NCBI GenBank assembly: GCA_043758495.1
Contig: JAYVNL010000015.1
Coordinates: forward strand, 1 to 52,179
From: Rhizobacter sp.
GTDB taxonomy: Bacteria > Pseudomonadota > Gammaproteobacteria > Burkholderiales > Burkholderiaceae_C
Direction of reading: 5' to 3'
Length of the DNA: 52,179 bases
Every line of letters starts with the position of its first letter. Position 1 is the stretch's first letter. The notes beneath the pieces were generated by a model. The model was not told the DNA's origin. It was given only the letters and a program-made list of their open reading frames with translations, and did not search any database. This document shows positions 37,193-46,799 of the stretch, one piece after another. The position numbers and the translations under genes were made by a program.

Positions 37193-38728
37193 TCAGTCGA
37201 GGCGCGCGGCGAAGGTCGCCGGCGAAATCGGTATGGCGAGCGAGCGCCGGTAGATCGCCTCGACGGCCTGCAACACCGGTGCTGCCGACGCCTCGGCGTC
37301 GCGGTAGCGCGCCGCCAGCTCGTGGAACTCCACGTCGATCTCGCTCAGGATCGCAGCCTCGTCGATTCGTGTGAGGCGCCCGCCGCTGACGACGACGTCG
37401 CCAGCGACCATCGAGAAGTCGAGACCGGCGCCGCGCTCGGCATAGACGAGCTGGCGCACCGGATCGTTGAGCGGCGCGAAAGTGACCGTATCGAGGCGGT
37501 ACGCGACCAGGTCGGCGAGCGCGCCGACGCGCAGGCTGCCGAGCGCGTCGCCGTAGCCGAGGGCCCGGCCGCCGGCGAGCGTTCCGGCCCGCAGCGCCTC
37601 CCGTGCCGTCAGCCAGCGCCCGGGCTCGTTGCCGCGCAGCTTGGCGAGGGCGGCGGCGCTGCCGAGGACATTGAGCATGCTGGTGGTCACGGTCGAGCAC
37701 GAGCCGTCGGAGCCAAGACTGACGTTGATGCCGGCGTCGAGCAGTTCGCGCACGGGCTGCACGCCCGAGCCGAGCATCAGGTTGCTCCATGGGTTGTGCT
37801 GCACCGTCGCGCCGCTCTCCGCCAGCAGCGTGATCTCGGCCGGAGTGAGCCAGACCGCGTGGATCAGGCTCGTCGCCGGCTTCAGGAAACCGATGCGGTG
37901 CAGGACCTCGATCAGCGTCGCACCGTGGAACAGGGCGCCGGTAACGACCTGCAGCCTTGTCTCCTGGACGTGGCTGATGACCGGCAGCGCGAGCTCGTCG
38001 GCGAGGCCGCGCAGGCGGCGCAAGAAGTCGTCGCTGCAGCGCTGTGGTGCCGACGCCGAGACGAGGATGCCGACGCGCCGCTCGCGCGGATGGCGCGCCG
38101 GCGCGAGCTCGCGCAGCAGCGCCACGCAGTCGTCGGCGCTCGGCCGCGGCGCTGCCCGGAGCCGGGCTGCGAGCCCGGCCGGGACGAGCTCGTCGACGAA
38201 CGGGAAGCTGTCGATCAGCGGCCGGTCCATCAGGCCGAAGCCGACCAGCGCACGGATGCCGGCGTCTTCGTAGGCCTGGAAGACGGCGTCGATCTGGGCC
38301 CGGTCGATCGCCGCCCCGAGCGGAATGTCGTCGACGAGCGTCGTGCAGCCGGTGCGCAGCGATTCGATGGCGCCGATCATGGTGCGCAGGTAGATCTGGC
38401 GCGGCGTCAGCGCCACCGGCACGGGCGTGCGCACGAGCTGCATCCAGAGCTCGAGCGGCAGGTTCTCGGTGCGGCCACGCTGGAAGTGTTCGTTCGAATG
38501 CTGGTGGCCGTTCACCAATCCCGGGACGAGCAGCCGGCGCGACAGGTCGACGACGGTGTCGGCATCGGCGAGCGTGCCGGCCGGCTCGATGGCGACGATG
38601 CGCGCGCCGCGCACCAGCACGTCGAGCGGGCGGGCGTCGAAGCTCAGGTCGTCGCCGAGTAGCGCAACGGCGCCGCGCAACAGTGTGGTGCCTTCGGGGG
38701 TCGATTGGATTGCAGTCGGGCGGGGCAT
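37193..38728 (-). CDS. Metal-dependent amidohydrolase (SsnA/AtzA/guanine-deaminase superfamily)
   Basis: PGLVNGHQH, GCTT, HVQET, HAVW, LGSDG, ADLV. Confidence 0.9.
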   Translation of the reverse strand: MPRPTAIQSTPEGTTLLRGAVALLGDDLSFDARPLDVLVRGARIVAIEPAGTLADADTVVDLSRRLLVPGLVNGHQHSNEHFQRGRTENLPLELWMQLVRTPVPVALTPRQIYLRTMIGAIESLRTGCTTLVDDIPLGAAIDRAQIDAVFQAYEDAGIRALVGFGLMDRPLIDSFPFVDELVPAGLAARLRAAPRPSADDCVALLRELAPARHPRERRVGILVSASAPQRCSDDFLRRLRGLADELALPVISHVQETRLQVVTGALFHGATLIEVLHRIGFLKPATSLIHAVWLTPAEITLLAESGATVQHNPWSNLMLGSGVQPVRELLDAGINVSLGSDGSCSTVTTSMLNVLGSAAALAKLRGNEPGRWLTAREALRAGTLAGGRALGYGDALGSLRVGALADLVAYRLDTVTFAPLNDPVRQLVYAERGAGLDFSMVAGDVVVSGGRLTRIDEAAILSEIDVEFHELAARYRDAEASAAPVLQAVEAIYRRSLAIPISPATFAARLD

Positions 38729-38762
38729 GGGCAACACCCATCAAGAAGCATGCCGGGCAGGA

Positions 38763-38778
38763 CGGCACACGACGTGCA
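38763..38778 (+). promoter_or_regulatory. Probable sigma54 promoter of DUF3830-hydA
   Basis: CGGCAC-ACGAC-GTGCA (GG-N10-GC). Confidence 0.5.
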
Positions 38779-38792
38779 TAGTCGCAGCCACC

Positions 38793-39206
38793 ATGACCCT
38801 GATCCGCATCACCGCCGGCGGCGAGCGTTTCCTCGCCGCCCCGCACGCCGACGCGCCGCGCACCGTCGCCGCCTTCGCCTCCCTGCTGCCCTACCGGCAA
38901 AAGCTGATCCACGTGCGCTGGAGCGGCGAGGCCGTCTGGATCCCGCTCGGCGGCTTCGAGCTCGGAGTCGGCTTCGAGAACCACACCTGCCATCCTTCCG
39001 TCGGCGACATCCTCTTCTACCCCGGCGGCTACAGCGAGACCGAGCTGCTGATCGCCTACGGCGCGTGCAGCTTCGCAAGCCGGATGGGGCCGCTCGCCGG
39101 CAACCACTTCCTCAGCATCGTCGAAGGCCGCGAGCGCCTGCGCGCACTCGGCGAAAAGGTCCTCTGGCAGGGCGCCCAGGACGTCGTCTTCGAGCGCCAC
39201 GAATGA
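38793..39206 (+). CDS. DUF3830 cyclophilin-like protein
   Basis: APRT..AF..LLP…HVRWSGE…ENHT.HP..GDIL.YPGG.SETE…GPLAGNHF. Confidence 0.88.
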   Translation: MTLIRITAGGERFLAAPHADAPRTVAAFASLLPYRQKLIHVRWSGEAVWIPLGGFELGVGFENHTCHPSVGDILFYPGGYSETELLIAYGACSFASRMGPLAGNHFLSIVEGRERLRALGEKVLWQGAQDVVFERHE

Positions 39207-40624
39207 GCGCCGTCGTCGCCACCCTGATCCGCAACGGCCGCGTCGTCACCGCCAGCGACGACTACGTCGCCGATGTGCTGATGGAGGACGGCATCGTGCG
39301 CACGATCGGCCGCAGCCTGGCGGTCGGCGCCGATGTCACCGTGGTCGACGCGAGCGGCCTCCTCGTCCTGCCCGGCGGCGTCGACACCCACGTCCATCTC
39401 GAGAACCACATCGGCCCGACGGTGACCTGCGACACCTTCGCCAGCGGCACCCGCGCTGCTGCCTTCGGCGGCACGACGACGATCGTCGATTTCGCCCTGC
39501 AGACCGGCGCCGACTCGCCGCTCGCCGCGATCGCCCGGGCCCAGCGCAGCGCCGAGGCCCAGGTGGCGATCGACTACAGCCTGCACTGCATCGTCACCCG
39601 GGTCGACGAGCAGGTCCTCGCCGACGTTCGCCACGCGATGCGCCACGAGGGCGTGACGAGCTTCAAGATGTTCATGGCCTATCCGGGCGTGATGATGGCC
39701 GACGACGCCGCGATCTTCCGCATGCTGCGCCAGGTCGGTGCCGACGGCGGCATGGTCGCGCTGCACGCCGAGAACGGCACCGTCATCGAGCTGCTTATTC
39801 AAGAGGCGCTCGCTGCCGGCCACACCTCGCCGCGCCACCACGCCGCGACGCGCCCGGCCTTGCTCGAAGGCGAGGCGACGCACCGCGGCATCCGCCTCGC
39901 CGAGCTCGCCGAAGCGCCGATCTACTTCGTCCACGTCTCCTCGAACCAGGCGCTCAAGCACATCGTCGCGGCCCGCGCTGAAGGCATCCCGGTCTTCGCC
40001 GAAACCTGCCCGCACTACCTTCTGTTTGACGACTCGGCGTACGACAGCGACGACTTCGAGGTCGCGAAGTACGTCATGACGCCGCCGCTGCGCGGTGCCG
40101 ACGAGAAAAAACATCTTTGGCGGGCGCTGCGATACGACGACCTGCAGGTGATCGCGACCGACCATTGCCCCTTCTGCATGAAGGAAGGCCACCTCGGCTA
40201 CCGCATGCAGAAGCAGCGCGGCAAGGACAACTTCTCGCTGATCCCGAACGGCGCGCCCGGCATCGAGACCCGTCTCGTCAGCCTCTACGATATCGGCGTG
40301 ATGCAGGGCCAGCTCTCGCTCAACCGCTTCGTCCAGCTGACTTCGACGACGCCGGCCAAGCTGTTCGGCCTGTTTCCGAAGAAGGGCACGATCGCGGTCG
40401 GCAGCGACGCCGACATCGTCCTGTTCGACCCCACGGCGACGCAGACGATCCGGGCTGCGCATCTGCACGGTCAGTGCGACTACACCCTGCTCGAAGGACG
40501 CATGCTCCGGGGCCGCGTCGCCAAGGTGTTCCTGCGCGGCGAACTGATCGTCGACGGCGAACGCTGGCTCGGCCGCGAAGGCCAGGGCCGCTTCATTCCG
40601 CGCGGCGAAGTGCGCGCTTTCTGA
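39203..40624 (+). CDS. hydA: Dihydropyrimidinase / hydantoinase
   Basis: PGGVDTHVH, GGTTTIVDF, SFKMFMAY, HAENG, ETCPHYL, ATDHCPF. Confidence 0.93.
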   Translation: MSAVVATLIRNGRVVTASDDYVADVLMEDGIVRTIGRSLAVGADVTVVDASGLLVLPGGVDTHVHLENHIGPTVTCDTFASGTRAAAFGGTTTIVDFALQTGADSPLAAIARAQRSAEAQVAIDYSLHCIVTRVDEQVLADVRHAMRHEGVTSFKMFMAYPGVMMADDAAIFRMLRQVGADGGMVALHAENGTVIELLIQEALAAGHTSPRHHAATRPALLEGEATHRGIRLAELAEAPIYFVHVSSNQALKHIVAARAEGIPVFAETCPHYLLFDDSAYDSDDFEVAKYVMTPPLRGADEKKHLWRALRYDDLQVIATDHCPFCMKEGHLGYRMQKQRGKDNFSLIPNGAPGIETRLVSLYDIGVMQGQLSLNRFVQLTSTTPAKLFGLFPKKGTIAVGSDADIVLFDPTATQTIRAAHLHGQCDYTLLEGRMLRGRVAKVFLRGELIVDGERWLGREGQGRFIPRGEVRAF

Positions 40625-40629
40625 GGTCG

Positions 40630-40862
40630 CGCATGCTCAGCGTGAAGCCGAACATGCCGATGCCGATGCCGATGCCGATCAGCGAAGGCGCGATCAACGG
40701 CAGCACGACGTGGCCGCGAGCAGCACAGTCAGCGCCATCACGACCAGGCCGGGCACGAAGGAACGGCGCAGCGCCGCACCGATGTCGACGACGCCGAGCC
40801 CGCTCCACAGGCGCGTACCAGTGCAGCGAACGGGGCTGCCTGTAGCCACGCCGGCGGGCCAC
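40630..40862 (-). pseudogene. Collapsed remnants of two PotB/PotC-type permease genes
   Basis: Fragments PAWLQAAPF | SLHWY..LWSGLGVVDIGAALRRSF..GLVVMALTVLL | HVVLPLIAPSLIGIG…MFGFTLS; includes (ATGCCG)4 at 40654-40677. Confidence 0.75.
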
Positions 40863-40897
40863 CCCGCAGAGTGCTCAGCCGGCGCGGCGTTCGCTGT

Positions 40898-42190
40898 TCA
40901 GGCGGCCACGAATTCGTTCCACTTCTGCACCATGTAGATGTTCTCGTCCATCACCGCGTTCCAGCAGGCGATCGCCCCCATGCGCTGCTCGTAGGAGCCG
41001 CCGTCACGGACGGTGCCGGCCTTTTCGAGCACCTGCCCGGTCGGCGACTTGATGTCCTGCGCCGCCGGCTTGCCTTCCATCCAGTAAGCCCACTCGTAGG
41101 GCTCCATCTTGGTCTTGGCGGTTTCGAGGACGGCGCTGTAGTAGCCCTGGCGGTTCAGATAGGCGCCGGCCCAGCCGTCGAGGAACCAGTTGATGAACTC
41201 GTAAGCGGCGTCGAGCTTCTTGCCGCTCAGCGTCGCTGGCAAGCCAAAGCCGGAGGCCCAGCCGCGGTAGCCCTCTTTCAGCGGCTGGTACACGCAGGCG
41301 ATCCCCTTCGAGCGCACCGCGGTGACGGCGGGCGACCACATCGACTGGATCACGACCTCGCCCGACGCCATGAGGTTGACGCTTTCGTTGAAGTCTTTCC
41401 ACAGGCTCCTGAACTGGCCGGCCTTTTTGGCCTCGATCAGGGTCTTGATCGTGAGGTCGATCTCCTTCCTGGTCATGTTGCCCTTGTCGGGATACTTGTA
41501 GAGGCCCGATGCCTCGACGACCATCGCCGCGTCCATGATGCCGATCGACGGAATGTTGAGGATCGAGGCCTTGCCCTTGAACTCGGGGTTGAGGAGTTCC
41601 TTCCAGCTCTCGATCGGTCGCTTGACGAGGTCGGGGCGGATGCCGAGCGTGTCGGCGTTGTAGGTGGTGGGAATCAGCGACATCCACTGCGTCGGCGCCT
41701 TCGCGAAGACCTTCGACTTCTCGCCCTCCAGGAAGATGACCTTCTTCGGCGCGGTGCCCTGGTCGCCGACCTTCTTTCCAGCCACCTCGCCGCGCGTGAA
41801 GACCGAGGTGATCTTGTCGGCGTTCTTGACCCGCTTCACGTCGATGCCCTTGATGTTGCCGGTGGGGACGATCTTCTTAAGCGAGAAGAACTCGGCGTCG
41901 AGCAGATCGAAACTGTTCGGCGAGGTGACGACGCGCTTGGTGACCTCGTCGGTGTTGACCGCGACGTACTGGATCTCGATGCCGGTGTCGGCCTTGAACT
42001 TGTCGGCGATGGCCTTGTCCTGGTTGACCGCGGTGCCAAGGTAGCGCAGGACGATCTTCTCCTGAGCGTGGATCGCCGGAAAGATGCCCGTGGCGAGCAC
42101 CCCGGCAGCGCCTTTGAGCAGGGTGCGGCGTGCCGTGGCTGTGTCGGCGTCGTGGTGATCGGGCATGGTCTTGCGATTCAAATCGGTCAT
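40898..42190 (-). CDS. PotD/PotF-family periplasmic solute-binding protein with Tat signal
   Basis: RRTLLK Tat motif; LRYLGTAVNQ; SGEVVIQSMWSP; KEGYRGW; GAGGA RBS. Confidence 0.9.
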   Translation of the reverse strand: MTDLNRKTMPDHHDADTATARRTLLKGAAGVLATGIFPAIHAQEKIVLRYLGTAVNQDKAIADKFKADTGIEIQYVAVNTDEVTKRVVTSPNSFDLLDAEFFSLKKIVPTGNIKGIDVKRVKNADKITSVFTRGEVAGKKVGDQGTAPKKVIFLEGEKSKVFAKAPTQWMSLIPTTYNADTLGIRPDLVKRPIESWKELLNPEFKGKASILNIPSIGIMDAAMVVEASGLYKYPDKGNMTRKEIDLTIKTLIEAKKAGQFRSLWKDFNESVNLMASGEVVIQSMWSPAVTAVRSKGIACVYQPLKEGYRGWASGFGLPATLSGKKLDAAYEFINWFLDGWAGAYLNRQGYYSAVLETAKTKMEPYEWAYWMEGKPAAQDIKSPTGQVLEKAGTVRDGGSYEQRMGAIACWNAVMDENIYMVQKWNEFVAA

Positions 42191-42234
42191 GTCGGTTTCC
42201 TCGAGTAAATGGACGGTCTGGGTCGGGACGGCGG

Positions 42235-42958
42235 TCATGCGGCGAGCGCGTGGATGTCGGCACCGTCCCAGTGGGCGCAGGTGCGGTCGCCGGTCTGCCA
42301 GGGCTCGGCGTCGAAGTCGGCCTCGGGCAGCAGGGCGATGGGCTCGGCCACCGCTTCGCCAGCGAGCGTGACCAGCACATGCGTGCCTCGGTACTCGACG
42401 CCGCGCACGGTCGCCGGCAGCGCGTTCGGTGCCGGCGGCAGCGGTCGGCGGCTGAGCCGCGTCTTGTCGGCGCGGACCGCAGCCAGGCCACCGGTCGCGC
42501 CCGGGATGACGTTGTGGCCGCCCATGAAGCGGGCGACGAACTCGGTGCGCGGCGCGTTGAAGACCGCGTGCGGCGTGCCCTGCTGCTCGATCCGGCCCTG
42601 GTTCATGACGACGACGCGATTGGCCAGCGCCATCGCCTCTTCCTGAGAATGGGTGACGTGCACGAAGGTCATCGACAGCTTCTTCTGCCACTCCACTAGA
42701 CGAGCCGCTGTCGGCGCTCGACCCGTTCCTGCGCATCCGCATGCGCGCCGAGCTGAAGGTGGCGCCGAGCAGGATGTCGCCCTCGTCGACGTGCTCGTGG
42801 CCGGCGATCATGCGCAGCGTCGTCGTCTTGCCGCAGCCCGAGGGGCCGAGCAGACAGCAGTAACTGCCGGCGACGATTTTCAAGTCGACGCGATCGACGG
42901 CCGTGGTCGTGCCGTAGTGCTTGACGGCGTGAACGAGTTCGAGGTCGGCGCTGCTCAT
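42235..42958 (-). pseudogene. PotA-type ABC ATPase pseudogene (deletion plus internal inversion)
   Basis: Walker A GPSGCGKT present; Q-loop and signature missing; Walker B segment reads on the + strand at 42696-42758; C-terminus HVTHSQEEAM in a shifted frame. Confidence 0.9.
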
Positions 42959-42983
42959 GGGCGGGTTCGGTGCAGCTCGGTCC

Positions 42984-42998
42984 GCAACACCCGTGCCA
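42984..42998 (-). promoter_or_regulatory. Sigma54 promoter of the PotA/PotD-type operon
   Basis: TGGCAC-GGGTG-TTGC. Confidence 0.8.
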
Positions 42999-43114
42999 TC
43001 GTTCGCCCCCAAACAAATGAAGCCATTGCGACGCGGCGCGGGGCGCGGCAACCTCGTCTCGGTCCCAGATGGTGCGCGCCGCACTTTTTTGAGGCCGGGC
43101 ATGCCCCGCAGAGG

Positions 43115-43130
43115 TGGTACGGACCCTGCT
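43115..43130 (+). promoter_or_regulatory. Sigma54 promoter of atzD
   Basis: TGGTAC-GGACC-CTGCT (GG-N10-GC). Confidence 0.65.
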
Positions 43131-43161
43131 GTCCACTGGCCACTCCACTTTCCTGCCCGCC

Positions 43162-44271
43162 ATGAATCCCGCCAGCCACTTCAGCGTCGATGTCGTTCGG
43201 GTCGCCACCCGCGGGCCCGGTGACACCTCGGGTGTCGCCGGGCTGCTCGAATCCGGTCGGCTGGCTGCCGCCGACATCGTCGCCGTGCTCGGCAAGACCG
43301 AAGGCAACGGCTGTGTCAACGACTTCACCCGCGAATACGCGACGGCCGCGCTCGCAACGATGCTGGGACGACGTCTCGGGCTCGCGCCCGACGCCGTCGA
43401 GCGCCGCATCGCCTTCGTGATGTCGGGCGGCACCGAAGGCGTGCTGTCGCCGCACTGCACGGTGTTCGCACGAAGTGCCTGTGCAGCCCGACCGCCGACG
43501 GGTGAGAAGCGGCTGGCCATCGGCAGTGCCTTCACGCGCGACTTTCTGCCCGAGGAAATCGGCCGACGCGCCCAGATCGACGAGACCGCTGCGGCCGTCG
43601 AGCGCGCGATGGTCGACGGTTGCATCGAAGCGACTGCCGACGTCCACTTCGTCCAGATCAAGTGCCCGCTGCTGACCGCGGTGAAGATCGCGGCGGCGCG
43701 GGGGCGCGGCGCCGAGCCCGTCAGCGCCGACACCTACGAGTCGATGGCGTTTTCGCGCGGCGCCTCGGCGCTCGGCGTCGCACTGGCCACAGGCGAAATC
43801 GAGCCGGCGGCGCTGAGCGATGCGGCGGTGTTGCGCGACTGGCAACTCTTCTCGTCGGTCGCATCGACGTCGGCCGGAGTCGAGCTCGATCACAACGTCA
43901 TCGTCGTGTTGGGAATGAGCCGCTACGCCGCAAGCCCGTTCGTCATCGGCCACGACGTGATGGCCGACGCGATCGACGCCGGCGCCGTGCGGCGGGCGAT
44001 CGCGTCGCTCGGTCTCGGCGCGAGCGCAGCCACGATGGATCGCATCGTCAACGTCTTCGCCAAGGCCGAGGCAAGCCCCGACGGCCGGGTGCGCGGCATG
44101 CGCCACACGATGCTCGACGATTCCGACATCAACTCGACGCGGCATGCCCGCGCCGCGGTCGGCGCGGTGGTCGCCTCGGTGGTCGGCCACGGCATGGTCT
44201 ACGTCTCGGGCGGCGCCGAGCACCAGGGGCCGGCCGGAGGCGGCCCCGTCGCGGCGATCGCGGCTTGCTGA
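43162..44271 (+). CDS. atzD: Cyanuric acid amidohydrolase (AtzD/TrzD ring-opening family)
   Basis: [68 protein letters not shown]. Confidence 0.9.
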   Translation: MNPASHFSVDVVRVATRGPGDTSGVAGLLESGRLAAADIVAVLGKTEGNGCVNDFTREYATAALATMLGRRLGLAPDAVERRIAFVMSGGTEGVLSPHCTVFARSACAARPPTGEKRLAIGSAFTRDFLPEEIGRRAQIDETAAAVERAMVDGCIEATADVHFVQIKCPLLTAVKIAAARGRGAEPVSADTYESMAFSRGASALGVALATGEIEPAALSDAAVLRDWQLFSSVASTSAGVELDHNVIVVLGMSRYAASPFVIGHDVMADAIDAGAVRRAIASLGLGASAATMDRIVNVFAKAEASPDGRVRGMRHTMLDDSDINSTRHARAAVGAVVASVVGHGMVYVSGGAEHQGPAGGGPVAAIAAC

Positions 44272-44298
44272 GCGCGCGCGGGGATGCGAGGCGGGTCG

Positions 44299-44585
44299 TT
44301 AGCGCGCGGCCCGCTCGCGCGCGGCGTGCAGCGTATGCAGGGTGATCTTCCTCACCTTGGCCTTGCTCTGCTCGATGTGCGCCTCGAGCAGCAGCCGCAC
44401 CGCGTCGATGCGATCGGCGCGCGTGAAGTCGAGGCGGCGGACGATGCGGCTGCGCTCGGCGACGTCCCAATGCACGCGCGCCATTTCGTCGTTGCCAGCC
44501 GCACTCACGAGGTCGCGGCACAACCAGTCCAAAATTTCTGCCGCACCCCCGTGTACTGTGCGGGCGATGCCGCTGGCGACCGTCT
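44299..44585 (-). pseudogene. GntR (FCD domain) regulator remnant
   Basis: LVSAAGNDEMARVH.DVAER.RIVRRLDFT…HIEQSKAKVRKITLHTLH; no HTH or start, internal deletion; abuts the ypfJ stop. Confidence 0.7.
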
Positions 44586-45461
44586 TCAGCCGCGTTGCTC
44601 GAAGGTATTGCAACTGTCGACGTTGCCCTTGTCGACGCCGCGCTTGAACCAGCTCGTGCGCTGGGCGCTGCTGCCGTGCGTGAAGGTCTCTGGCACGACC
44701 TGACCCTGCGACTTCTTCTGCAAAGTGTCGTCGCCGATCTGCGAAGCGGCGTTCAGTGCCTCCTCGATGTCGCCGGGGTCCATGCGCCAGCCGTTCTCCT
44801 GCTGCGACCGGGCGGCCCAGACACCGGCGAAACAGTCGGCCTGCAACTCGACGCGCACGCTCACCGCGTTGGCCTGCACCTCGCCGCCGCGCCCCCGCAA
44901 CGCATCAGCCTTTTCCATGATGCCGAGCTGGTTCTGCACGTGGTGGCCGACCTCATGGGCGATGACGTAGGCCTGAGCGAACTGGCCCGGCGCGCCGAGC
45001 TTTTGCTCGAGCAAGCGATAGAAGCGCAGGTCGATGTAGACCTTCTGGTCGTTCGGGCAGTAGAAGGGGCCCATTGCGGCTTGGCCCTGGCCGCAGGCCG
45101 TCGGGTAGCTGCCGCTGAACAGGACCAGCTTCGGCGGCTGGTAGGTGCGGCCGGAGGCGCGAAAGATGTCGGTCCAGACGACCTCGGTGCTGCGCAGCAC
45201 CTGCGACACGAACTTGGCCTGGGTGTCGGATGCCGGCGGCGCCGGCGCCGGTCCCTGCTGCTGTTGCTGAACGGCCCCGCCGCCGCCACCACTCATCAGG
45301 CCGAGAAGGGTGAGCGGGTTGATGCCGAAGATCCAGCCGGCGATGACCGCAATCGCCACGCCGCCGATGCCGACGCTGCGGCCACCGAAGCCGCCACCGC
45401 CGCCGCTGCTGCCGCGCACGTCTTCGACGTTGCTGCTCTCGTCCTGGCCGTCCATCCGCAT
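44586..45461 (-). CDS. ypfJ: Neutral zinc metallopeptidase (YpfJ family)
   Basis: ESSNVEDVR; GPFYCP.D; YVIAHEVGHHVQ; ELQADC; FTHGSS.QR. Confidence 0.93.
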   Translation of the reverse strand: MRMDGQDESSNVEDVRGSSGGGGGFGGRSVGIGGVAIAVIAGWIFGINPLTLLGLMSGGGGGAVQQQQQGPAPAPPASDTQAKFVSQVLRSTEVVWTDIFRASGRTYQPPKLVLFSGSYPTACGQGQAAMGPFYCPNDQKVYIDLRFYRLLEQKLGAPGQFAQAYVIAHEVGHHVQNQLGIMEKADALRGRGGEVQANAVSVRVELQADCFAGVWAARSQQENGWRMDPGDIEEALNAASQIGDDTLQKKSQGQVVPETFTHGSSAQRTSWFKRGVDKGNVDSCNTFEQRG

Positions 45462-45542
45462 CGCAACTCTCCCGCCCGTGGTTTGCGAGGATGGTAGCCG
45501 CGGGGCGGCGGCGGCCCTGTCGGCGGCGAGGCCCTAGGGGTG

Positions 45543-46124
45543 TCAGGTCTTCGGCAGCGTCACGCCCTGCTGGCCCTGGTACTTGCCGCCGCGGTCCTTG
45601 TAGCTCGTCTCGCAAACCTCGTCGCTCTCGAAGAAGATCACCTGGGCGCAACCCTCGCCTGCATAGATCTTGGCCGGCAGCGGCGTTGTGTTGCTGAACT
45701 CGAGGGTGACGTAGCCTTCCCACTCGGGCTCGAACGGCGTCACGTTGACGATGATTCCGCAGCGGGCATACGTGCTCTTGCCGAGGCAGATGGTGAGCAC
45801 GTTCCTCGGGATCCGGAAGTACTCGAGCGTCCTCGCCAGCGCGAAGCTGTTCGGCGGGATCACGCAGACATCGGCGTTGATGTCGACGAAGCTCTTCTCG
45901 TCGAAGTTCTTCGGGTCGACAACGGTTGAGTAGATGTTGGTGAAGACCTTGAATTCAGGCGCGCAGCGGATGTCGTAGCCGTAGCTCGATGTCCCGTAGC
46001 TGACGATCCGCTTCTGTTCGCCGTCGGCGCCGGTGGCGAAGCGCACCTGGCCGGGCTCGAACGGCTCGATCATGCCGTGCTGCTCGGCCATGCGCCGGAT
46101 CCAGCGGTCGCTCTTGATGGTCAT
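45543..46124 (-). CDS. dcd: dCTP deaminase
   Basis: [10 protein letters not shown]; [10 protein letters not shown]; GKSTYARCG; PFEPEW. Confidence 0.96.
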   Translation of the reverse strand: MTIKSDRWIRRMAEQHGMIEPFEPGQVRFATGADGEQKRIVSYGTSSYGYDIRCAPEFKVFTNIYSTVVDPKNFDEKSFVDINADVCVIPPNSFALARTLEYFRIPRNVLTICLGKSTYARCGIIVNVTPFEPEWEGYVTLEFSNTTPLPAKIYAGEGCAQVIFFESDEVCETSYKDRGGKYQGQQGVTLPKT

Positions 46125-46258
46125 GTCGGCTTGTCCTTGGGGTGGCGCATTGTAGGGAGCCGCCCCGTGCGGTCGCTCACGCGGCGGGGCCATCGCGAGG
46201 GCCTGGCACGGGCGAGTTGTCCTACCATAGGCGCTACCGCCGCTTCGAGGCCGCCGCC

Positions 46259-46786
46259 ATGCGCACCGCCACCGAGCTCCTCGCCCAATACGCCCAATAC
46301 CACCGCGACCGGCGCAACATCGTCAGTCATTTCATCGGCGTGCCGATGATCGTCTTCGGGGTCGGCGTGCTGCTGGCGCGGCCCCTGGTGACTACCTCCA
46401 GCCTCTCGCTCACGCCGGCCTGGTTTCTGTTCGCGCTGGTGGCGGCGTGGTACCTCACCCGCGGCAACGTGCTGCTCGGCGTCGCCGTGAGTTCCGCTGT
46501 GGGCTGCCTGCTCTGGTTGGGCCAGCAGGTCGCTGGCGGCAGCGTGTCGTCGTGGCTGGCGTGGGGCGCCGGCTTCTTCCTGGTCGGCTGGCTGATCCAG
46601 TTCGCCGGCCACTGGTACGAAGGCAAGAAGCCCGCCTTCGTCGACGACGTGATTGGCCTCGTCGTCGCGCCGATGTTCGTGACCGCCGAGGCGATGTTCC
46701 TGCTCGGCTGGAACAAGCCGCTGCTCTCCGAGATCGAGCGCCGCGCCGGCCCGACGGTGCTGCGCGACCTCGCCCGCATCGCCTGA
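46259..46786 (+). CDS. DUF962 / Mpo1-like membrane protein
   Basis: [19 protein letters not shown]; [17 protein letters not shown]. Confidence 0.9.
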   Translation: MRTATELLAQYAQYHRDRRNIVSHFIGVPMIVFGVGVLLARPLVTTSSLSLTPAWFLFALVAAWYLTRGNVLLGVAVSSAVGCLLWLGQQVAGGSVSSWLAWGAGFFLVGWLIQFAGHWYEGKKPAFVDDVIGLVVAPMFVTAEAMFLLGWNKPLLSEIERRAGPTVLRDLARIA

Positions 46787-46799
46787 GCCGCCAGCGAGG

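Noticed and set aside
40654-40677. (ATGCCG)4 as a phase-variation switch
   Set aside because: Frame-neutral 6-bp unit inside an already destroyed permease.
40898-43102. 734-aa ATPase-binding protein fusion
   Set aside because: By-product of the inversion/deletion; the middle is off-frame junk, and the binding protein has its own RBS and Tat signal.
43162-44271. Barbiturase
   Set aside because: Retains the SGGxEHQGP tail and Arg-containing motif typical of cyanuric acid hydrolases.
45260-45410. CCG/CTG triplet runs in ypfJ
   Set aside because: Encode ordinary Gly and Gln linkers.
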